A stretch of DNA of 64,000 nt. Origin: Burkholderiaceae bacterium (GTDB lineage Bacteria > Pseudomonadota > Gammaproteobacteria > Burkholderiales > Burkholderiaceae_D). Both the position numbers and the translations under genes were made by a program. The stretch's first letter is position 1; the number at the start of each line of letters is the position of its first letter. The DNA lies in assembly GCA_030158675.1 (NCBI GenBank), contig JAOASL010000033.1, forward strand, positions 17,160-81,159, written 5' to 3'. The notes beneath the pieces are model-generated. The model was not told where the DNA came from and made no database searches. It was given only the letters and a program-made list of their open reading frames with translations. Positions 18,177 through 25,867 of the stretch are shown piece by piece.

Positions 18177-21100
18177 TCAGCGACTGCCGCTGGCTGATCC
18201 CTCACGCGCCGGCTTCAGCACGATCTTGCACACATCCGCCCCGTCGGCCGGCGTGCGCTCGCCAAACAGCTTCTTCAGCGGCACCCATACGATGGATGTC
18301 GCCAGCCGCACCACCGTCTGCAACACGTCGCCCGGGTTCGGGCCCACATTGAACTGGCTGAAACTGCCGTCAACTTCGATCGGCGTTGCCAGACTCAGGA
18401 ACTGCGCAGTCTTGGCCTGTGGCTGCATGCGCAGGTGCAGTGTCTCTGCGCCGAAATCGACCGAGGCCGTACCGGTCACGCGCATACCGCTGGTGTCGAT
18501 CAGCAGTTGCTTCTGGCGCAGCTTGCCCTCGTTCAGCGCAAAGCGGCCGACCGCGCAATTGACCACCGATTCATTCTTCGGATCCAGCGTCGGCAGCAGT
18601 GCAACGAACAGGTTCACCGCCCACAGGTCGAAAATGCCGGAGCGCAGCTGGCGCGGCCACACGGCAACATCGATGCTACCGCTGCCATGGGCCAGCAGTT
18701 GCGACAACTGCGGCGCGCGCGAATTCACGTCCATGTAAAAACTGAAGCGGCCATCAAGATCGCTGTCGGGGCGGATGCGACGGCTGATGACGCCGTAGTC
18801 GAAATTGTCGATGTCGATCTTCAGCGCAGCCAGCACATCCCGCTCGCGCGGCTCGTAGGACAGCCGCCAGTCGGCACGGCCGCCGGGCATCGTGAGCTGC
18901 ACCGGACCGACCTCGGCGCGCCCGTCGGCCAGCCGTGCCTGCAGACGTCCCTGTCCCAGCACATCGGCACCCGACTTCACTTGATCCACATTCACCGTCA
19001 GGGTGGCGTCTGCCTTCGACAGATTCTCGCGCGACAGCAATGCCTGTGCCTTGTCACTGGCTTCGGCCGCCTTACGGCGCACGGCCTGCGGGTCGGTCTT
19101 CGCGTCAGCTGGCGCGGTGGCCGGCGGAGCCTTGCTGCCGAGCGCGGACCAGCCTTCGGTACGGAAGTCGTCCAGCTGCACCAGCGGGGCCGACAGCGCG
19201 ACATCGAGCTTCGGCCGGCCCCGCGCCGTGTCCATCGTGCCGTGACCGTGCAGCTGGCTACTGCCGATTTGCAGCTTGAGGTCGTCAACCGCATAGCCGC
19301 GCGCACTCATGCGAAAGCGGCCAACGGCCGACCAGGGTCCCCATGGCGGCAGTGACAGCCGCAACAATTTATCGAGCGTGTCCAGCCGCGGCCCGTGCAC
19401 TTCGAGCGCCAGATCGGCATCATGCGCGTCGATGTCGCGATCGACACTGCCCGACAGCTGCAACTGCGTCTGTGCAGCATCGACATTCAGTTCGAACGGC
19501 ACCCGGCGCGCCGGGTCGGCCAGGTCTTTCATGGTCGCACTGCGCATCCGCACCTCGACCGGCAACTGGTCGATCGCCCCGGACAGTTGCAGCGCAACCC
19601 GCTCCCCCGGGCGGGCGGACAGGCTGCCAGTGGACAACGCCACCTGCAGTTGCGATCGGGTATTCGGGTCACGCAGCACCAGACGCCCGCCACTGACCTC
19701 GGCCGACACCAGCGCATTGGCCATCAGCGACGCCAGCCGCGCTGAGCGGCTGTCGATGTACAGGTTCAGACGCTCGACGCCGGCGTCGAGGTCTTTGGCC
19801 AGCTTCAGCTGGCGCAGCACCAGACCGATATCGACCGCCGCCGCCGACAGCCAGAACTGCGCATGCGGCTCTGCCTGGCGCAGATCGAGCGCGACCGCAC
19901 CCTGATAACGTGTTCCGGCGATGTCGGCGAAAAACGGCGAGCTTTGCATATGACCATCGCGCACGCGGCCGTCGAAGCCCATATCGCCCAGTGCGATCTG
20001 CGTGCCGCGAATGTCCCGCACGCGTACGCGCACGTCAGCGTCTTCCAGCACCAGCCGCGCCGGCAGCAGCGGAATATCCAGACTGGCGCGCTGCCCGGGC
20101 CGGGCCGGTGCTGGCGGCGGCAGCAAGCCATCGAGCTGAGCAATGTTCACGCTGGCGATCTCGAGCGATGCCTTCAGTCGCTGCCGGCGGTCGACGGTGT
20201 CCTGCGCCACGTCGGAGTACAGGCTGCTGTCGCCGACCTGGAACACCAGATTGGACAGCGCCCAGCGTTCGGCCGTGCCGCGCACGCGGCCGGCAACGGC
20301 AATCGGCAGGGTTGAGCGCGGATTCAGTCCCAGCCAGGTGCCGACGTCACCGGCACGCTCGGCACCGAGACTGAACATCAGGTCGGCGCTCTGGTCGGCG
20401 CCATTCAGCGTGCCCGACACGCGCGCGGCTATGCGGCCGGTCTGCACTGTCAGCGCGACCGGCGAACCGCCTTTGGCCATCATGGCCATCAGCGAATCGC
20501 CGGACAGCGTTGCCTCCAGCGGCTTGCCGAGCAGGCTGCCCTTCAGCTCGCCGGCCAGCGCCTGGGTGCCGCCGACGCGGAACTGCATCCGGTCCAGTGT
20601 GAAATCGACCGGTCGGGCACCGCCCTGCTCCGGCGCCCGGGCCGTCGCCGCATGCGCTGCATGTGTCGCCTTGCCCTCCCGGTTACCGTAGCTCAGGCGG
20701 CTTTGCGTGACCCGCATCGAGGTCGACAGTGAACGCATCAGCGCGTCGCCGCGCGTGCCACTGGCGGTGACCTCCAGCTGCAGCCTGCCGAGCTGGCCTT
20801 CAATGCCAGGAATGCCGGCAAGGAAGCGCGCCAGTCCGCCGATGGGCGAATCGGCAGCACCAAAGCGCAGCGCCAGCGACTGCCGGCCGGCATCGATATC
20901 GAGCCGGCCCTTCATCGGCACCTGTTCGACGATGGCCTCAACCGGAATGCCGAGCCGGCCTTCGCGCAACAAAAATTGCAATGATGCGCCGCGAATGTCG
21001 CCCGGCAAGCCCAGCCACTGGCCGACCCCAAGCTGCAGGTCGGCATCGAATTCCTTCAGTACTTGCAGGTCGACCCTGGCTTGCGACAGACTGCGATACA

Positions 21101-22181
21101 GCGCGGCGAGATCGGCCGGTTCTTCGTCATCGTTCTGACCGAGGAAAGGGCGCAGGTCGAGCGTCTGCACGCCGAGCGCGCCGGCCAGCCGCGGACGAGA
21201 GCCGCGCGCATCGAATTCCAGCCAGCCGGCCATCACCGACTTGCCGAGCGAGCCCGACAGGCCGTTGATACGCACCACACCGGGTCCGGCCAGCACCGTA
21301 CCCGACAGACCGGCCGCACCGGCGTTTGGCAGCGGCACGCCGATCACTTTGCCGAACTGCGCAAGGTCGGGCGCGCCAAGGCCGAACGTGACCTCGCTGT
21401 CTTGTCCGCCGAGCCGGCCTTGCGCGACCAGACGGCCGCCGGCGAAATCAAGTTGCAGCGTCATCGGCCATCCTTGCTGACCGCGCAGCAGCGCACGCAA
21501 TTCGCCGCCGTCGACCGACAGCGCATACGGCATCGTGCGCTCGACCCTGCCGCTGGCGCGCAGCTTCACGCCGGCACCGATCGGCAGTGCCGCGTCGAGG
21601 CGATCAAGGTGAAATTCGCGCGGCGCGGCCATGCCGCTCCGGTAGACCACGGTGATGTTGTCGAGATCGATGTCGCGGATATCGATGCCGGCCGCATCGG
21701 CCGCATGCAGGCCGTCGCCAGCCTGCGCGGTGGCCGCTGGCGTGTCCGACGGAGTAAAAGCCCAGTTGCCGGCGCCGTCTTCGCGCTGCTGCAATTCAAG
21801 CCGTACGTCGCGCGCCGACAGGCGGTCTGCGCGTAGTTGTCGCCGTAGCAGCGGTATCAGATCGAGCTTCAGTTCAGCCGCGCCGATGCGCAGGAAATCA
21901 CCGGGACCGAATCCGTCCGGCTGCGCAATGCGCAACTCGCCGATCTGCAGCTGCGGACGCAAACCGATGCGCAATTGCAGCGCGCCGTCGATGCGTACTG
22001 CGCGCCCGGTTCGCTGCGACAGCAGGCGGGTCACCGCGTCGCGTTGCGATCCCAGGTCAATCGGAATGCCAAACAATGCCGTCCAGCCGATCACGCCGGC
22101 TGCGGCGAGCACGAAGAAGACGAGCGCCTTCAACAGACGGCGACGCCAGAACACTGCGGACGAGGAGGAGGAAGTGCCCAT
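18177..22181 (-). CDS. AsmA family protein, very large (1334 aa; TamB/YhdP-like envelope-spanning candidate)
   Basis: N-terminal anchor (RRRLLKALVFFVLAAAGVIGW), then an AsmA-like N-region and a long repetitive beta-rich body. The C-terminal region resembles AsmA_2. Confidence 0.8.
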   Translation of the reverse strand: MGTSSSSSAVFWRRRLLKALVFFVLAAAGVIGWTALFGIPIDLGSQRDAVTRLLSQRTGRAVRIDGALQLRIGLRPQLQIGELRIAQPDGFGPGDFLRIGAAELKLDLIPLLRRQLRADRLSARDVRLELQQREDGAGNWAFTPSDTPAATAQAGDGLHAADAAGIDIRDIDLDNITVVYRSGMAAPREFHLDRLDAALPIGAGVKLRASGRVERTMPYALSVDGGELRALLRGQQGWPMTLQLDFAGGRLVAQGRLGGQDSEVTFGLGAPDLAQFGKVIGVPLPNAGAAGLSGTVLAGPGVVRINGLSGSLGKSVMAGWLEFDARGSRPRLAGALGVQTLDLRPFLGQNDDEEPADLAALYRSLSQARVDLQVLKEFDADLQLGVGQWLGLPGDIRGASLQFLLREGRLGIPVEAIVEQVPMKGRLDIDAGRQSLALRFGAADSPIGGLARFLAGIPGIEGQLGRLQLEVTASGTRGDALMRSLSTSMRVTQSRLSYGNREGKATHAAHAATARAPEQGGARPVDFTLDRMQFRVGGTQALAGELKGSLLGKPLEATLSGDSLMAMMAKGGSPVALTVQTGRIAARVSGTLNGADQSADLMFSLGAERAGDVGTWLGLNPRSTLPIAVAGRVRGTAERWALSNLVFQVGDSSLYSDVAQDTVDRRQRLKASLEIASVNIAQLDGLLPPPAPARPGQRASLDIPLLPARLVLEDADVRVRVRDIRGTQIALGDMGFDGRVRDGHMQSSPFFADIAGTRYQGAVALDLRQAEPHAQFWLSAAAVDIGLVLRQLKLAKDLDAGVERLNLYIDSRSARLASLMANALVSAEVSGGRLVLRDPNTRSQLQVALSTGSLSARPGERVALQLSGAIDQLPVEVRMRSATMKDLADPARRVPFELNVDAAQTQLQLSGSVDRDIDAHDADLALEVHGPRLDTLDKLLRLSLPPWGPWSAVGRFRMSARGYAVDDLKLQIGSSQLHGHGTMDTARGRPKLDVALSAPLVQLDDFRTEGWSALGSKAPPATAPADAKTDPQAVRRKAAEASDKAQALLSRENLSKADATLTVNVDQVKSGADVLGQGRLQARLADGRAEVGPVQLTMPGGRADWRLSYEPRERDVLAALKIDIDNFDYGVISRRIRPDSDLDGRFSFYMDVNSRAPQLSQLLAHGSGSIDVAVWPRQLRSGIFDLWAVNLFVALLPTLDPKNESVVNCAVGRFALNEGKLRQKQLLIDTSGMRVTGTASVDFGAETLHLRMQPQAKTAQFLSLATPIEVDGSFSQFNVGPNPGDVLQTVVRLATSIVWVPLKKLFGERTPADGADVCKIVLKPAREGSASGSR

Positions 22182-22241
22182 GCCACGAGGATAACCGACG
22201 GCGGGTCCGGACGTACAACCGACGCCCGTGGATGCTCAGGT

Positions 22242-22272
22242 AAAAACCAGCCTCCCCAGAAGGGGAGACTGG
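22242..22272 (-). terminator. Rho-independent terminator downstream of the PQQ dehydrogenase gene
   Basis: On the minus strand, CCAGTCTCCCC-TTCT-GGGGAGGCTGG (11-bp stem, one mismatch) followed by TTTTTA. A second perfect palindrome, CTCCGGCCGGCCGGAG, lies at 22311..22326. Confidence 0.75.
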
Positions 22273-22375
22273 AAAACCCAACGCGAGAGAAAAATCGCTG
22301 TATTGCCAGCCTCCGGCCGGCCGGAGAACCGACCGGAGACCTTGGCTGACGAATCAGCCTTGCTGCACTGCCGAG

Positions 22376-24130
22376 TTAGTTCTTCGGCAGCTTGAACACC
22401 ATCAGCGTGCCGCCCTGCGGAACGATGGTATTGGTGCCACGCACGTGGTCGATTGCGGAGGCCAGACGCTGCGCGTCAACGCCCCAGCCCGACTGCACGG
22501 CGATGTACTGCTCACCGTCGACTTCATACGAGCTCGGCACACCGATCACGCCGGAAGGAGTTGCATACTCCCAGAGGATCTTGCCGGTCTTCGCATCCAT
22601 CGCGCGGAACTTACGGTCAGGCAGACCACCCGAGAACACCAGGTTGCCGCCAGTGACGAAGGTCGGCGTCCAGATCTGGTCGCCAAACTTGGTCGACCAG
22701 GCCAGCTTGCCGGTCTTCGGATCCCATGCCTGGATCTCGCCGATCGAGTTCTTCGCACCCGGTCCAAGGCGGACGTTGGTCAGCACGCCTTCGAGCGGGA
22801 AGCCGATGAACAGATCACCCGCCTTATACGTGGTCGTCTCGCCCTTTGGCAGTTCCGAGCACATATTGTCGTTGGCCATCGTGTAGATCAGGCCAGTCTT
22901 CGGGCTGTACGATTCCGGCAGCCAGTCCTTGCCACCCCACAGCGACGGGCAGAAACCTGCGCCCTGCTTCATCGACGGCTTGTGCGTCATGTCGACATCA
23001 GGACGGCCCGTCTTCGGATCCAGCGACTTGAACACGTTGTTGCCAACGTAAGGCCAGCCCTTGACGAATTTCAGCGCGCCGGTGTTGGTGCGCTCGAGCA
23101 CCCACATGTAGCCGTTACGGCCGGCACGGACAGCTGCCGGGGTCTTCTTGCCGTTGATTTCGGTGTCGATCAGCAGCGGCGGGGTCACTTCATCCCAGTC
23201 CCACGAATCGTTCTGAGCGTACTGGTGGTAGCCCTTGATTTCGCCGGTGTCGACATCCAGTGCCATCGTGGAGCTTGCAAACAGGTTGTCGCCCTGACGC
23301 AGGTCAGGCGTCCACGGACCCGGGTTGCCGGTGCCCCAGTAAGCGGTGTTGGTCTTCGGATCGTAAGTACCCGTGACCCAGACTGAGCCGCCGCCGGTCT
23401 TGTACGAACCGTTGTTTGGCCAAGTGTCGCCACCCTGCTCGGTCGGGCCAGGAATGGTGTGACGGCGCCATGACATCTTGCCGGTCTCCGCATCGACAGC
23501 TGCGATGAAGCCGCGGATGCCGTATTCGCCACCCGACACGCCGACCATGATCTTGCCCTTCGCAGCCAGCGGCGCGAGGGTCATGTAGTAGCCGGTCTTC
23601 CAGTTTTCGATCTGCGTGGTCCAGAGGACTTTGCCGGTCTTGGCATCGAGCGCAACCAGGTTGCAGTCGGTGGTCGCGACATAGACTTTGTCGCCGTACA
23701 GTGCCACACCGCGGTTGGTCGGGTGCAGCTGGAACAGCTCAGAGGGGATCTCTTTCTTGTAACGCCAGATTTCCTGACCGGTCTTCGCATTCAGCGCGAG
23801 CACCTGGTTCTGCGGCGTAGTGACGAACATGAAGCCATCGTTGACGATCGGCGGCGACTGGTGACCTTCGGTCACGCCGGTCGAGTAGGACCATGCCAGT
23901 TGCAGCTTGTTGACGTTCTTGTCGGTGACTTTGTCCAGCGCGCTGTAACCCCAGCTGCCGTAGTTACCGCGCCAGCTGAGCCAGTTGCGTGCTTCCGGGC
24001 TCTGCAGACGCGAATCGGTCACCGGCTTATAGGCCGGAACGCCTTTGCCCGCTGCCGGGCCTTCTGCCATCACCGACGCTGCTGGCAGCAGCGCGAGCGC
24101 GAATGCGAGGTGCTTCATGCGAAATGTCAT
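22376..24130 (-). CDS. PQQ-dependent dehydrogenase, methanol/ethanol family (atypical: no vicinal Cys-Cys)
   Basis: GGAGGA sits 8 nt before the ATG at 24130. Signal peptide MTFRMKHLAFALALLPAASVMA. Propeller W-motifs, GVSGGEYGIRGF (metal-binding Glu), GDNLFASS (Asn) and NDSWDWDE (catalytic Asp region). Confidence 0.9.
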   Translation of the reverse strand: MTFRMKHLAFALALLPAASVMAEGPAAGKGVPAYKPVTDSRLQSPEARNWLSWRGNYGSWGYSALDKVTDKNVNKLQLAWSYSTGVTEGHQSPPIVNDGFMFVTTPQNQVLALNAKTGQEIWRYKKEIPSELFQLHPTNRGVALYGDKVYVATTDCNLVALDAKTGKVLWTTQIENWKTGYYMTLAPLAAKGKIMVGVSGGEYGIRGFIAAVDAETGKMSWRRHTIPGPTEQGGDTWPNNGSYKTGGGSVWVTGTYDPKTNTAYWGTGNPGPWTPDLRQGDNLFASSTMALDVDTGEIKGYHQYAQNDSWDWDEVTPPLLIDTEINGKKTPAAVRAGRNGYMWVLERTNTGALKFVKGWPYVGNNVFKSLDPKTGRPDVDMTHKPSMKQGAGFCPSLWGGKDWLPESYSPKTGLIYTMANDNMCSELPKGETTTYKAGDLFIGFPLEGVLTNVRLGPGAKNSIGEIQAWDPKTGKLAWSTKFGDQIWTPTFVTGGNLVFSGGLPDRKFRAMDAKTGKILWEYATPSGVIGVPSSYEVDGEQYIAVQSGWGVDAQRLASAIDHVRGTNTIVPQGGTLMVFKLPKN

Positions 24131-24222
24131 TCTGATTCTCCTCCATCGTTGAATTTGGCTACTTTCGTAGCTCCCCTTTTCGCGAACGGGATCACCACCC
24201 GCGAATTCTGCTCCGGTCGTCG

Positions 24223-24795
24223 TCAGACGCCCGGCTTGTTCGAAAAGCCGCCGGCAATGGTCAGCAGCCCGTCTTTTTCAGTCAGCGGCACATAGGCCAA
24301 TGACTTCGCCGCCGGCCCCTTGGCCACGGTGCCGTCAGCCGGATTGAATTTCGAGAAATGGCAGAAGCACATCAGCACTTTTTCAGCGCTGACGAATTCG
24401 GTCACATCGCAGCCCTGATGGGTGCAGACGGCGGAATAGGCAACCACGCCATTGACGGCACGCGCCTTAGTTTCGTCGGTCATCGCGGCCGGATCGAGGC
24501 GCACCAGCATCAGCTTGTTCAGACGCGAACCATCTTTCGGCTTCTTCTCTTTCAGGTCGTACGGGAACACCAGCACAGGCTTGGCGCCGACCTTGATGTC
24601 GTCAGCCTTCAGCGGTGCGGTCGCTTCGCCTTTGGCCGGCACCAGCAGATCGCCCTTGGCCGGGCCTTCGACGTTGTCATCGGCTTGCGCGGAACCGATC
24701 GGCATGGCGCAGCAGCCGGCCGCAGCACCGGTGGCCTTCAGCAGCAGGCGGCGCTGTACGTCGACGGAATTCATTTCTTTCACTTCGTAGTTCAT
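24223..24795 (-). CDS. Tat-exported Rieske [2Fe-2S] protein
   Basis: AGAGG RBS. Twin-arginine signal (VQRRLLLKATGAAAG). Rieske ligands are CTHQGC ... CFCH, i.e. C-x-H followed by C-x-x-H, separated by 16 residues (DVTEFVSAEKVLM precedes the CFCH box). Confidence 0.88.
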   Translation of the reverse strand: MNYEVKEMNSVDVQRRLLLKATGAAAGCCAMPIGSAQADDNVEGPAKGDLLVPAKGEATAPLKADDIKVGAKPVLVFPYDLKEKKPKDGSRLNKLMLVRLDPAAMTDETKARAVNGVVAYSAVCTHQGCDVTEFVSAEKVLMCFCHFSKFNPADGTVAKGPAAKSLAYVPLTEKDGLLTIAGGFSNKPGV

Positions 24796-24808
24796 TTCAA
24801 CCTCTTGA

Positions 24809-24839
24809 GCTTTTAAATCTGCTTTTAAATCTTTAAATC
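24809..24839. repeat. Tandem direct repeat GCTTTTAAATCT x2 plus a partial third copy
   Basis: Exact 12-mers at 24809..24820 and 24821..24832, then TTAAATC at 24833..24839, which overlaps the gntR stop. It fills the gap between gntR and the Rieske gene RBS. Confidence 0.9.
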
Positions 24840-25534
24840 AAAACATGCTTCTTTTCGTCCGACGCATGGTCCGCCTGGACCTCGCTATCGGTGTTGCTGA
24901 TGACCGTTACAGCCGAAAAATTAATATGATGCCGCGCGAGCCGTTCCGCTTCAGCCGCATTGCCATCGATCACCGCCTGAATGATGGCTTCATGCTGCGT
25001 CCAGATCTCGACCGGCGCCCGCCCGATCATCAGTACTGCACCCATCGCGCAGCGCAAGTAGCTCCAGTGCGATGACGCTGTCTCAGCAATCATCGGATTG
25101 CCGGACAGCTCGTACAAAAAATGGTGAAAAGCCATGTCGGCAGAGACGAGGTCGGAGATCGAATTCTTCTTCACGGCCTGCCATCCGCGTTCGATATAGT
25201 CGGGGCCTTCGGCGGCTGCACGCACGCTTGAGCGTTCGGCCGCCCGACCGCAGGCCAGCGCGTCCAGGCTGGCGCGGATCTCATACAGATTGCGCACTTT
25301 GTCCTGATCGAATGGCGCGACCATCAGGCCGCGACCCGGCGCGCTGGTCAGCACGCCTTCGTTGCGAAGTAACAAGAGTGCCTGTTGAACCGGTTGCCTC
25401 GACACACCAAGCGACTCGGCGATCTCTTCCTGGATCAGCCGCGCGTCGACACCAAAGGTACCTGCCTCGATCCGCGAAAGAATCGCCTCGTACACCTGGT
25501 CGACCAGAGTCAATTGTGGCCGCGATATTTGCAT
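24833..25534 (-). CDS. GntR family transcriptional regulator (FCD-type C-terminal domain)
   Basis: GGGAGA RBS. wHTH region EEIAESLGVSRQPVQQALLLLRNEGVL followed by a helical FCD-like domain. Confidence 0.92.
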   Translation of the reverse strand: MQISRPQLTLVDQVYEAILSRIEAGTFGVDARLIQEEIAESLGVSRQPVQQALLLLRNEGVLTSAPGRGLMVAPFDQDKVRNLYEIRASLDALACGRAAERSSVRAAAEGPDYIERGWQAVKKNSISDLVSADMAFHHFLYELSGNPMIAETASSHWSYLRCAMGAVLMIGRAPVEIWTQHEAIIQAVIDGNAAEAERLARHHINFSAVTVISNTDSEVQADHASDEKKHVLI

Positions 25535-25867
25535 CGTCTCCCTAGCGGCGAGCCTGAAGGCCCGTCATACCTCGTTATTTTTGAATTCTGAATTCTGAAT
25601 TCGAATTTTCATTTTGAACGAGAGTAGTGATCACCGCACATTGTGTCAATGCAAGCCGTTTCGAATCTTCGAAAGTCCCCCTTGTAAATTTGCAAATCTA
25701 TCCGCTCTCTAGCAGCTTTCTTCAGGAAATGAAGACCAAATTGCCACCGAAAGCGCCCGTGCCACCCACCGATGGCGTCCCAAGGCTCCCGAACTTTTGA
25801 TCTCGGTCATATAGATTTTTGAAAGAATTCCATAAAGTAATACCGTTTAGTCCGATAACGGAGACCC

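Noticed and set aside
25583-25617. GAATTCT tandem tract considered as a CRISPR or microsatellite
   Set aside because: There are only three to four 7-bp units with no spacers and no cas genes. It is far too short for a CRISPR array, so it is kept only as part of the regulatory-region observation.
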